A DNA stretch of 64,000 nt from Eledone cirrhosa (taxonomy: Eukaryota): NCBI GenBank assembly GCA_964016885.1, contig OZ024740.1, positions 155,000,001-155,064,000 of the forward strand, written 5' to 3'. Under the pieces are notes generated by a model that saw nothing but the letters and a program-made list of their open reading frames with translations, searched no databases and was not told where the DNA came from. Below are positions 13,277 to 26,174 of the stretch, piece after piece. The translations under genes were made by a program, and so were the position numbers. The first letter of the stretch is position 1. Each line of letters begins with the position of its first letter.

Positions 13277-16200
13277 TTTATTGATACAGCGAAATACTGC
13301 CAATGAATCACAACCTCTTTGTAATTAATAAAAGCAACATTTCACATGCACTCAATAGCTGACTTTATAAAAGAATTATCTTTTTCCATTTTTTAAAATA
13401 TAAATAAATAAAATAGAATAAAAGGAAATATAAAATAAATAGTAATTAATTAGAAAATAAATTTGAAAAAAAAAAAAACAAAAAAAAAACAGAAAATCAC
13501 TTTTTTGGATGATGTACACTCCACAAAACATGGTAAACTCAAGTTGAGTGTGAAATGTCTTGCAGAAAATGCCCGAAACACTCCAAAGAATAGGCAGTGT
13601 AATGCTGAAGAAAATAGTTTGGTTTTTATGAAGATTTTTTGTTGTAGTTGTTCTTGCCTATGAATATGATATAATAATAATAATAATAATATTATTATTA
13701 ATAATGGTAATAATAACAGTAAAAGCTGCTGCTGCAACAAGAGCTAAAGCAACTCTTGTTTCGAGATGTAACATGTACTCCTTGGTGAGTAGAGTTATCC
13801 ATTTTCATGTTATGCAATCTGACACACACACATACACATGTACACATGCACACACACATGCTCTTTCCCTTTCTTTTATTTTTATATCCACACAATGTAA
13901 TGAAAAATAAATAAAATTATTATGATGAAAAATCAATGTAAATAAATGTTTTCAAAAAATTATGATTGATATAAAAAAAAAAGCATAAAAGGAGAATGTC
14001 TAAGAGAAAGATAAATAAAAAAAAAAAAAAAAATAAATAAAAAATATTAATTATAATGTCACTATAAACTCTCTTTAACTTATAGATTTACTTTAAAGAG
14101 CAAATTAGAAAAACTGATTAAATGTCTAAGAGGAGTTGTTAACCTTTGGAGTATCAAAAACATGCCGATATGTCTTTTACCTCTCATTCCTTGGGATATA
14201 TAGGTATGTTTTACTTAAATTTATGAAGGTGCAGATAAAGGATCCAAAACAAATTTGATCAAAATATTTCATTTTATTTTTAACATTTTTCTGAAAAATG
14301 CAAAAATCAATGGCATGAGGTAGCAAAATACCAAAAATGATACTGTCACTCAAAGAGTTAATAAAATTATATCATTCTGCACTGTTAGTCATGTCAAAGA
14401 CTTAACTTCTATAGCACTAGTACCATGATAAAATGCATCCAGTATACTTTATATAGTGGTTGGCATTAGGAAGAGCATTCAGCTATAGAAACCATGCCAG
14501 AAAATGTGACAAAGCAAGACATGGAGGGCAGTAACACCAAATAACAACTGATTCAGACCTTAGTGACTTGTCCAACCCATATTAGCATGGAAAACACACA
14601 TAAAATGACAATGATGATGTTAATCTAAGTAACTTAGTTGTTTAGAAATAAAGGTTTGAATTTAGTCTGGAACAGAGCTAAAATACCTAATGATAGTCAG
14701 AGATCAACTTGATTGAAATATAGTGTGGATTGATAAGATGAGAACATACACACACACCTTACCCCATGCCCAAATTATTCTAATTGACTAACATTTAGCA
14801 AAGGTTCTCTAATAATATCTCTAATAATTTGAGATATGTCTCCCATAACCTAAGTTGTTTGGGAACCCACCATTTCATCAGCATGCTGTATGTTTATTAA
14901 AATGGAGAACTCAATTTTCTCTAGGCAAACTTTTTCATTTTATTTCTTCTGGCTTTGTTGGAAGAAGGGAGAAAATTAACCATAAACCAGAGACATGGCT
15001 AGAATGTTTGCAACAGAGTGGACTTTGCTTACGACACCCAAAGGTCATGAAGTGGTGTTAAATCAGGCAACAGATTAAGCCTTCCACCTAAAAACAGTGT
15101 TACACTTGTAACTGTAACAGTTTCAATTCCTGGGCCAGGTGGTACATTGTATCGTGGAGCAAGACTTCATTTCATGTAACTTCAGTCCACTCAGCTTGGA
15201 GTACTCTACAATAGACTGACATCTCCATCAGGGGGAATCATGTATTGTCAGTTACTTAACACCAATAAAACTGAAATTAGCACCTGTCTGACACACTTCT
15301 AGGTTTAGGACAGAGTGATCTTCAACAGTTTCCATTCATTAAGGATTTGGTCAGCATAAGGAGAAAAGACTTTCCCAAGCTGTTGTTTAGTGGGACTGAA
15401 ACCAAAACAACAGTTGTGAATCAAGCTACACCTGTATCCATATAGACTAAGATTATGAATCTTAAGTACAAGATTCTGGGAGCTGAATCTATATGAGTAT
15501 TTAATTGTTTGTGTGACCATCTCTTGTCCATTTTTCTTCCTGTCACTTCTGTGCCGCTAATTTCTATCCTTTGAGGTAAATTTTACCAGACGCCATCATT
15601 GATGGCATTTTGCTGTATAAAAGAGCTTCCTTATGTCGAGTTCTTCCCATTATTCTACGAATTCTAATACACTCGTGTTTCAAACTCGATATTCAAGATA
15701 AATTTGTTTCTAAATTATATACATATTTAAGACAACATATTTGAAAGAAAAGCTATTTCTTATGTATTTTTCTCTCCTAGATATATTTATATATATATAA
15801 ACAATGCAATAAAAAAAAAATAGAAGAAAAACGAAATAGAATGTGAATTTTAAAAATGCTAAGATCGTTGATCTGTGTTTTAACTATTGTTTCAAGGACA
15901 CAAATTCTGAGGGCGGGCAGGGTGTATTTATCCTCTCCTCATGTAATTATTTTACTGGTTTTTGGAGGGAGGGGATAACGTCAACCCAGACAAAGTTGAA
16001 ATTAATGTCTTATACTCGACTGATTCTGCCATCAACTACCCTCTTAAAAATAATAATCGTGTCTCGATAGTACAAGTTCAAATTTTCAAGTTAGTTTATT
16101 AAATGACCTTAGTACTTTACTGGTGCTTTATTTACTGACCTCCAGAAAGATGAAAGACAAAGTTGACCATGGCACACTATTTGAATTTAGAACAAAGAGC

Positions 16201-19094
16201 TAGAACATCAAAAGACATTTTGTTCATTTCTTTAACAATTTTGTTAATCCACAGCCCTCTTAATAAGAATTTCTAAAAGAGTTGATTACACTGACCTCAG
16301 TACTGCACCAGTACTTATTTCATTGACTTTGGAATAATAAAAGTGGGAAATTGACTCCCAGTGGGATTTTGAAATGTAAAGGGACATAACTAAATACCAC
16401 AAGATATTTTGTCTGGCTGCACCACTGAGTGTCTCTTAACATAGCTTTGGGTCAGTGAAATTGGGTAGACAGAAACTGTGTAGATGCCTGTCAGATAGAC
16501 TGTACTTGTAATTCATAGAGTTAGCTTTGTGACATGCTGAGTCTGCCTGAGGATTACGTGAGGGTACAAGTGTCTGTGGAATACTCAGCAACTTTAACTA
16601 ATTCAATGAGGACCCAGGTTCAATCTCACTGTGTGGCACCTTTGTCAAGTGTCTTCAAGCACAGCCTAGGATCTATCCAAGCCATTTTACATATTAATTC
16701 AATGAGTAGGCAATTCAATTGATCAAACAAATGAAAATTTCAGCTCTGAAGCTGTTGGTGATACACCGGTCTCAAACTATGGAATAGAAAGCTAGGGTTA
16801 GATCTTAGAATATAAAGATTACGAGGCTTGTGGTATTGGCAGTGAAAAATCCATCACAAATGTTTTTGTAATGATGTAATGAAAATTCTGAGAGATTGAA
16901 TTTTCATTTTTTAGTTTCAGAGGAGAATGAGAGTTAATGAAGATGAAATAAAAAAAGTATGGATTAAATAAATATAACACACATAAAAATAAAAAAAATA
17001 ATAAAACTGTTACTGAGACATTCTCAAAAATTACACAAAGAACAAAATGAAGAAAAAAAGTATTCTTTGTTTTTTTTTTTTTACAAGCTGTTTATTAAAA
17101 AAAACAGCTCTATTTTGTTTTGGTTGTGTTTTTATTATTATTATTAATATTATTATTAATCTTTTGTTTTAAAAAAAAATATGAGATTAATGTAATGTTT
17201 GAATGACAAGTCATACAGAGGCTAATACTAACATCCAAATATGGCAGACACCTTTTGGTTTTTTTGGAGGGTGAGGGACTTACTTTTTGCCTATCCACCC
17301 CTTTCCTGAAATTAAAATACTGGAAGTTTCAGGCACTCCAAAATAGAAAAAAAGGTATATGTATAAAAAAAAATATACCATATACAAAACTCAGTTGGGG
17401 ATATCATTTAATGAATTTTCACATAAAATTTATCCTCAATTTGCCTTGAAATTGTTGTTAATATCTTCTAATTAAGGAGGAAAAGGTGTTTCTTTTACAT
17501 TCTTATTTCTTTCTTTCTTTGTTTTTTTTTTCTTTAAAAAAATGTTTTGATACAAAAAAAATTATAAAAAAATCAGATTTGATTGAGATTGATAACTGTT
17601 AATTCATTCATACCCCCGTTTTTTTTTTAAATATTGTCCCCAAAACAAGTTCTTTTTCAGGCAGGCCACACCCTCTTCACAAAAGAGAGCTGCTGAAAAT
17701 TTTTAGAATTTGCAGTCCAGTCCAGACAATGACCAACCAACCTAGTTGCCAAAATAAAAAAAAAAATATAAAGAAAAAATAAATAAAAAAAAAATTATCT
17801 TAAAAAACAAACAAAAACTGTAGAATCAATATTTTTTCCTTGTTTGTCATTTCGTTTTTCCCTTTTAAAATCTCCCCCCTTTTTATGTTATTATTTTTTT
17901 TTTTCGTGGGGAGCTTTTATAAAAATATTTTACTTATTTTTTGATAATTTTTTTTTTGTTTTCTGCTGTGTGAAGTGCAAGAATCAATCATTTCATGAGA
18001 CGAACAGGTGTAAAGTCAGCCTGTTTTTTTTTGTTTGTTTTTAAATTTATTTATCTATTTAGTTCCCGGTTTCCCCTCCCACTACCATGTTCGCACCTGT
18101 TGCGAAGAGGATAGAGGCACATAAGGGATTGGAGTGGATTGAATTGGATGGCTCAAAAATTTGTGATTATTAAGGCTTTCTCACCTGGGCAGATTCATTA
18201 AATTGGGTTATGCAATTTTTTTAATTATTTTTTTCTCCTTTAAATTATGCTAACAAATTTCCAGCACAATATGGTTTACAATTAAACATTTCCTTTCAAT
18301 CTTTTTTTCTCTTTTTTTTTACATTTCTGCTTTCATTCTTTTTATTGGTTTTTTGTTCAAAGGAATGAGACAGGAAGAAGATAAAAAAAACATTGTAATC
18401 AAGAATTAAGAAAGTTTCTCCTGTTAGACCTTGAAAGGAAACCTGTTGAGTCAGATGTTCAGATTTAAAGATTTCTATCTATAGTTATTTCTTTTCGTGG
18501 GGTCAGGGGTGGTGGGGATGTTGGTCTTTTTTTTCCTTTCCAGAATAGAATAGTGTAGTGCAGTTAGAGTGGGGAATGATACCTGTCAGATACTTAAGGA
18601 TGGAGAGAGAGAGAGAGAGAAAGACAGAGGTAGGTTGAGAGGGAGAAGGATAGATATGTCAGTAGAGAGAGAAAGGTGCCAACATGGAGGGTGAGAGAGA
18701 TAGAGAGATGTCAGCATGGGGGGGGGGGGAGAGAAAGGTCAGTATAAAGAGGGAGAGATGTTAATATGAGTGAGAGGGAAATTAGTGTGGAGAGAATGAG
18801 AGGTTTGTTAGTGAGGTAAAGAAGAGAGAAGGCTGTATGTAGGAGTCAGAGAGAGAGAGAGAGACAAAGATAAGTCAGTATGTAGAAGAGAGAGGGGGGG
18901 GGGAAATATGAGAGCGAGAGAAAGAGTTAAGGCTAGCATGAAGAAAGTGGCAAGGTAAAAATGAAGGGGGTTTAAGAGAAAGAAGCACATACAGAGAGAG
19001 AGAGAGAGGGTGGAGGAAGTTAGGTCTACTGCAGAAATTTATTAAGGGATGGTGGTGGTGGTTGGGTGAGGGGTTTTTAAACCAAGTTGACAAA
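13277..19094 (-). other. Probable long 3'UTR of AEBP2 (extent uncertain)
   Basis: Non-TE sequence directly after the stop, U-rich on the minus strand (16900-18560, again 13300-14060). Candidate AATAAA signals on minus at 17091-17096 and 13277-13282. Confidence 0.4.
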
Positions 19095-19242
19095 TCATTT
19101 TCTGCGATGTTTCCGATAGCGGTGCCTGCGATAAAATGAGGAATGCAGAGCTGCTGCACTATCCTGAGGTAAGCTGGTCAGTGGAATGACACGTTTGTGC
19201 ACCTCTTGTACCTGTGATTCTGGCACCCAGCAATCAGGAAAT
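19095..19242 (-). CDS. AEBP2: AEBP2/jing orthologue, last coding exon
   Basis: Polypyrimidine tract then ttccag|ATTTCCT acceptor. Encodes (I)FPDCWVPESQVQEVHKRVIPLTSLPQDSAAALHSSFYRRHRYRKHRRK*, matching the vertebrate AEBP2 C-terminus as I recall it (ILPDVWVNESE...KVVHLSKLPKDTALLL...Y). Phase fits the upstream exon (AT|A = Ile). Confidence 0.92.
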
Positions 19243-19287
19243 CTGGAAGAGGAAATGAGAAAGGAAAACAATATTAAGTATGAGGAA

Positions 19288-19712
19288 TACTGTAAAGTGG
19301 TTGTGATGGTGACAGTAAAAAGCACCCAGCCCATACTGTAAAGTGGTCGTGTAGGTGTCACGGTAAAAAGCACCCAGCCCACACTGTAAAGAGCATCCAG
19401 TCCACACTGTAAAGTTTGGGATGGTGACACGGTACAAAGCACCCAGCCCACACTGTAAAGTGGTCATGATGGTGACATGGTAAAAAGCATCCAGCCCACA
19501 CTGTAAAGTGGTCGTGATGGTGACAACGGTAAAAAGCACCCAATACTTACTGTAAATGAGGTTGGCATTAGGAAGGGCATCCAGCTGAAGAAACCAAGCC
19601 CAAATCAGTTTTGTATGAGCAAGATATGATCACCTGACCTAGCATTGCCTACAACAGGATAACTTGTCTAACCCATGCCAGCATGGAGAAATGGACGTAA
19701 AACGATGATGAT
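19288..19712 (+). mobile_element. RTE-3'UTR-derived element with ~40-bp tandem repeats
   Basis: About 6 units of aaaagcacccagcccacactgtaaagtggtcgtg...cacggt, then aggaagggcatccagc and the terminal ccatgccagcatgg..ggacgtaaaacgatgatg. Confidence 0.8.
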
Positions 19713-20748
19713 TAATGCATTGGTGTGACTCAAGCATAATATTGTAGGTTCTGTAATCAGCATGAATATTAGTGGAGCACATGAACAAAATAGCTCTCTG
19801 AATTGCAAAGACACGCTTTATTAGAAAGCTAGGGCCAAAACCATCCCTGAATCATCAGAGTAAACTGGACACATGGAACCACATGAGCAAGACATTTTTG
19901 AATAGTATAAAATAGCACTTTGATTGCATCATATTAAAATATTGAAGTGTTTTCTTTGATACTGCAAATTTTCAAAACAGTCAGTTCACTAATATAACTA
20001 CTATAAATATTTAAATTCAAAAACCTGCTTTTAGATATTTTCTGCTAAACCATTACAGGATGTTAAAAGTTAAACAAGCATACAATGTGTCTGATGGAGA
20101 ATTTTAGATCTGAAAGTATTAATAACAATAATAAATATATCCAGCAACAAAGCTCAAAGTTACGTGTTAGTTTGTTCAATTTACTTAACTTGAATCATAT
20201 TGTGTACCTCTCTATCTAGCCATTAGTCTGTATGAACATCTTTTGGTTGATTTACCCACTTTTCCATCCATCTAACTATCTATATACCTGCCTACATCTA
20301 CCTCTGTTTCAACACTACACTAAAACTTATACCATTTTAAACTATTTTGCTACCTTGCCATTATTTTATTTTTATGCAATGATCTTTCTCACATAACATA
20401 TCACATTAAGTATATGTCTGTATCATCATCATCATCATTTAATGTCCACTTTCTCTGCTAGCAAGGGTTGGGCGGGTCTTCACAGACTGAGTCTACAGAC
20501 TTCCGAAACACTGCTCCAGTTTACTCAGCTGTAGAAATGACTTGTGATGTCACTGGTGCCAAACTATATTGGCCATAGCCTTTCCCTTGGACAACATTGG
20601 TGGTGCGGAGATGGGAGATCAGTATGCATGGGTGACCACTGGTCTTCCACAAACACACTTTTCCGAACTTGTACCTTCGAAGGGAACTATCTAGGTGCAA
20701 ATCCCATGACCATTTGTAACTGAAGGAGATCGTTCCCCTTTGTGTGTG

Positions 20749-20884
<136 letters not shown>

Positions 20885-21183
20885 CAACCAATTGAGATTA
20901 TCCTTGCAATTTGAAGACAAAATCTCATTTCAGGGGTGTTCAAATCAAGAAACACCAAGCACGGAAGACAACTTCTGCAATATCATTGATTCCATTTTTT
21001 TTTTAATCAATACAGTATGGAGTAGACTTTGCCTTAATGCCAACATATGAAAGCAAGAGAGATGTTTTGATCTTGTTACTTCCCCTCAGTGAAGCAGATT
21101 CCCTTAGCAAGTTCGCTATACTAGATATATCTCTAAGAAAAGGGAAAGGAATTGTAGACTGATTTTGTGTGTCAATAATGGAT

Positions 21184-21725
21184 CATCATCACCATCATCA
21201 CCGTTTTACGTCTGTTCTTCCACGCTAGCATGGGTTAGACGGGTTGTCCTGTTGTGGGCAGTGTCCAGTCGGCTGACCTTGTCTTGCTCATACGGGAACT
21301 GATTCTGGCTTGATTTCTACAGCTGGATGCCCTTCCTAACACCAACCTCATTTACAGTGAGTGCTGGGTGCTTCTTTTCCATGGCAAAAATACCTGATGC
21401 GAGTGTTCTGTTGTTTTCATATATACAGGGTATATTATATAATCTGTGTGCAAGTTTAAATGTTAACTTCATCATCATCGTTGATTAATGTCTATCTTCC
21501 ACGCTAGCATGGGTGACCATGTTTCGCTCATATAGGAGAGTTTCTGGCTGGTTTTCTACAGCTGGATGCCCTTCCTAATGCCAACCACATCGACAGTGTG
21601 TGCTGGGTGCTTTTTGCCGTGTCTTTTACACGTCCACTTTACAGTGTGGGCTGGGTGTTTTGGGGCTGGTTCTCTACGGCCGGATGCCCTTCCTATTGCC
21701 AACCACATTTCCAGTGTGTGCTGGG
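21184..21725 (-). mobile_element. Cluster of short RTE 3'-tail copies
   Basis: (CAT)n followed by cttccacgctagcatggg and ggatgcccttcct motifs, two to three times. Confidence 0.75.
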
Positions 21726-21989
21726 TACCTTACACAATATGTATAACTTTATGTGTATAAATGACAGTAAACTGCTTATAAATGTGCTATTTATACACCT
21801 TTGAAGCATAATGATACTTAAAATATTGTTAATTGATTATAGCTTATCATAACTTATTAGCAACTGGGGAATGTTTTCAATGAGTTATAAAACCAGTCAG
21901 CATGGTGTATCACAAAGAAAACATGGTATTCAGGTAAAATGTTAGGAAAATAAACGGCATTGCATAAAATTTGTATAAAGTTTTTATGT

Positions 21990-22392
21990 GCATTTAAACT
22001 GACCATATCTGGCCAGAATTTTCCCTCCCCTTCCTGTTCAAACCGGCTGCTCATACTGATATTACAGTATTGTTCTCAAAATAAATAATTGTTTCTACTT
22101 TTGGCACAAGGCCAGCAATTACCCAGTACCTTACTGGTACTTTATTTTATCGACCCCATAAGGATGAAAGGCAAAGTTAACCATGGCGAGATTTGAACTC
22201 AGATCATAAAGGGCCGTAACTATGCTGCAAAGCATGGTGTACGACCCTCTACCGATACTGCCAATCCACTGTCCTCAAAATAAATAATATCAAAATTTCA
22301 TAGATTCAACATTATGTGAGATAAATATGTAAGGTAAAGCCATTACCATGACAATATAATAGTATATATAGATTAATGTAAATGCTAATGTG
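21990..22392. mobile_element. MITE family C interrupted by SINE family B (22090-22273, minus)
   Basis: 15-bp TSD ctcaaaataaataat at 22075-22089 and 22274-22288; the MITE sequence resumes after the SINE. Confidence 0.88.
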
Positions 22393-22579
22393 TTAAGGTG
22401 TATTTCTCTCAAGTATACCTCCAAAGATTTTAATGTTTAGCGATTTACAAGGACTTTATAAGCATGGAAAAATGAATGTATCATATATGTGGAGAGATAA
22501 AATTAATCATCCTACCAAGGAATCTACAAGTTAAAAAATAACAATGGTTGTAACAAAGAGATTATGTTGGATTTATCCA

Positions 22580-22686
22580 GTGTTATCTTACAAATAGACC
22601 ATTTTGTTTCAGCTATTTAGTACCTTCACAGTTATCTCTGAAGATGCTAAATAGCTGAAACAAATGGTGAATTTGTAAGATAACAC
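22580..22686. repeat. ~107-bp imperfect palindrome
   Basis: gtgttatcttacaaat pairs with atttgtaagataacac; tttgtttcagctatttag pairs with ctaaatagctgaaacaaa. Confidence 0.9.
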
Positions 22687-23218
22687 ACATAACACAAACA
22701 TATTTGTGAAATACCTATTTGTTTGTGTGTGTATGCATGTATACACGTACACACAGAGCGAGAGAGAGAGAGAGAGGGTGGGGGTGGGTGTTAAGTAAAT
22801 TACTCATATTTTTGTGTATGTAGACTACACATACATATAAACAGACTAAAAGCAAATGATAGATATTTATGTACACACACAAAATTATATTATGCATCGG
22901 TGCTATCTCAAGCAGCATGTTTATATTGTAGATATTACATCAACAAGGCACAAAGACTACAGTTATTTGTTACTTAATCTAATTTCCCCTATTCACTTCA
23001 CTTTACTACTATATTGTGTTATACTTCCATACTATCTATACATCTATCACTTAGGTCCTGTCCATTTCACCTAACATTCAATCTTTCTTTTCTCTCTCTC
23101 GTGTATATAACTACTCTAGACATACCTGTCCATCCATATATTCATCTATCTAGCTGCCTCTATACTTACCTATCTTTGCCACCTCATCTGTGTATATGGT
23201 TAGACATTAAAACATTAA

Positions 23219-23464
23219 CTCTTTTGATACCAATCCACCCGAAATCAACTCCTGGTTTTACAATATAAAACTGTTTATTTTAGAGTGTTTATTTATCTAA
23301 AAGCCTTCTAACATAATGTCATGTAAGATCTTTTGTTTTGTTCCAAATATATACTTAATAATGAAAAAGTTATATTACTAAATCCCTCAAAATTCTTTGT
23401 TATTTTCAAAAAGATTTGAAAATAATCGGCAGTGTTTTTCATTAGAAATATGGTAATGAATGGG
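23219..23464. mobile_element. TTAA-flanked MITE family D
   Basis: TTAA-ctcttttgatacc...ggtaatgaatggg-TTAA. Confidence 0.65.
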
Positions 23465-24245
23465 TTAAATTATCTATCCATCTTCCTCTCAACCTGTTTA
23501 AACATTTACCTAACTCTGTCACCACATCTGTCTATATGGTAAAGCATTATAACCTAAACTAATAGCAAAACACCCATTGTAAGTATAAACCACATAACTC
23601 AATACCCACAACAAAAAATGTATATATATATATATATATATATATTTACGTAGACAACGGAGCATATCTGCATAAGCACACCTGCACAGTGTCGTATTTG
23701 TGACAGTATCGTATTAGCTCAATGTACAAAAACAGAGCCATTATAGATAAAATAAATCAAAGAACGCCTACATCCTCATACAATTTTTATTCGCTAACAA
23801 TGTTTCATCCATACCGTGGAACAGGAATCATCAGTGTTATAAATAAAAATATAGTGCTGAATATAAACTCTACCAAGCTTAGTCACCAGAACAGTAGAGA
23901 AACATACAGGATAGTAAGAGGGAGATTGGATATGAGAAGGATGGAAAGAATGCGTAATGGGTTTGTTAGTCGTATATATATATATACACACACACACATA
24001 CACACGCACACAGAAATAGACAGGTAAACAGAATGCAGACAAAACATTGAAGAATGGATACATTTCTCCCAGTTATTCATTCAAAGAGAATACATAACAT
24101 TGAAATCTGTGTGTGTGTGTATATATATACATAAAATATTAATTCAAGTATGTGTTGGTTAATTACCGACACTGCAGTATGCAAGATAGAGCACTTGATG
24201 AAGTGCGCAGGTGAGTCTGTTTACTCCGGAGTATATTTATAAATA

Positions 24246-25053
24246 ACGATGCCTGCATACGAACAGCAATGCTGCATGGCAGTGAGACCTGGGCATTGTG
24301 TGCAGAGGATATACGCAGACTAGAGAGGAACCAAGCTTGCATGCTCCGCTGGATGTGTAACAGTAATATACGTGAACGGCAAAGCATAAACGAACTAAGG
24401 AAAAAATTAGAGATAAGAGGGATCAGATGTTGTTTACTCGAGAGAAGGCTACGTTGGTATGGACACGTGATGCACATGAAAGTCGATAGCTGTATAACAA
24501 AGTGCAGGGCAATAAAGATAGACGGTAGTCACGGAATAGGCAGACCTAGAAAAACCTGGGACGAGCTGATAAACTCCGACATCACACACTTACACCTCTC
24601 CAAGACAATGTTACTGGACCGAGACCTTTGGCGGTACTCAGTAACAGAGAAGACCCGCCTTACCTAAATATATAGTAAAACCTACTCCAGCCAGTAGGCA
24701 TCTCTAACAAAATACACCCCCCCCCCACCCCATCCACACCACCCCGTTCTATGTAAAGTTATGTTGGTGCCGCGCCATCGAGGCCGAAACAAATGAGATC
24801 GTGTAGGTGTCACGACAAAAAAACACACAGTCCACGCTGTAATGTGGCCGTGTAGGCAACACGGTAAAAACCTCCCAGACCCACACTGTAAATGTGGTTG
24901 GTGTTAGGAAGGGCATCCAACTGTAGAAAACCTGCCAGACAGTCCTATGCGAGCAAGACAATCACTCTTGCCTCAAGTGGGACTACCCACGTCCAAACCC
25001 ATGCAAGCGTGGAACACGGACGTTAAACGTTGATGATGATGATGATGATGATG
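24246..25053 (+). mobile_element. RTE LINE subfamily 1, 3' fragment with 3'UTR and (GAT)n tail
   Basis: Near-identical to 26843-27634; ORF 24269-24667. Confidence 0.95.
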
Positions 25054-26174
25054 AAGAAGTGTAAGTAAACAGGTTGACTTACACTTCTTGTTTATATATA
25101 TATATATATATGTTTATATATATATATATCGTTAACTGTTATAAGGGTAAAGGAGACGCCCTAGATAGGAGTAACTATAGAGGCATTAAATTAATCGACC
25201 AGGTCATGAAGGTCACGGAAAAAGTAATAGCGCAACTAATCAGAGAGAGAATTGACCTAGATGAAATGCAGTTCGGGTTTGTGTCAGGCAAAAGCACCAC
25301 AGACGCTCTTTTCATAGTACGACAACTACAGGAGAAGTACCTAACTAAAGGTAAACCCCTCTACTTAGCTTTTGTCGACCTGGAGAAAGCCTTCGACAGA
25401 GTCCCCCGCTCCATTATCTGGTGGGCTCTTAGAAAACTAGGCGTTGACGAATGGCTTGTGAGGGCTATACAAGCCATGTATAAAGAAACAGTCAGCAAGG
25501 TTAGAATTAACGTGTAGGCAACACGGTAAAAACCTCCCAGACCCACACTGTAAATGTGGTTGGTGTTAGGAAGGGCATCCAACTGTAGAAAACCTGCCAG
25601 ACAGTCCTATGCGAGCAAGACAATCACTCTTGCCTCAAGTGGGACTACCCACGTCCAAACCCATGCAAGCGTGGAACACGGACGTTAAACGTTGATGATG
25701 ATGATGATGATGATGAAGAAGTGTAAGTAAACAGGTTGACTTACACTTCTTGTTTATATATATATATATATATATGTTTATATATATATATATCGTTAAC
25801 TGTTATAAGGGTAAAGGAGACGCCCTAGATAGGAGTAACTATAGAGGCATTAAATTAATCGACCAGGTCATGAAGGTCACGGAAAAAGTAATAGCGCAAC
25901 TAATCAGAGAGAGAATTGACCTAGATGAAATGCAGTTCGGGTTTGTGTCAGGCAAAAGCACCACAGACGCTCTTTTCATAGTACGACAACTACAGGAGAA
26001 GTACCTAGCTAAAGGTAAACCCCTCTACTTAGCTTTTGTCGACCTGGAGAAAGCCTTCGACAGAGTCCCCCGCTCCATTATCTGGTGGGCTCTTAGAAAA
26101 CTAGGCGTTGACGAATGGCTTGTGAGGGCTATACAAGCCATGTATAAAGAAACAGTCAGCAAGGTTAGAATTAA
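24849..26174 (+). repeat. Tandem duplication of a ~662-bp unit
   Basis: 24849-25510 matches 25511-26174; by eye they differ by one substitution (ctaact vs ctagct) and one TA unit. Confidence 0.92.

Noticed and set aside
19288-19560. CRISPR-like repeat array
   Set aside because: Units are contiguous degenerate tandem repeats with no unique spacers, they derive from the RTE 3'UTR, the context is eukaryotic, and there are no cas genes.
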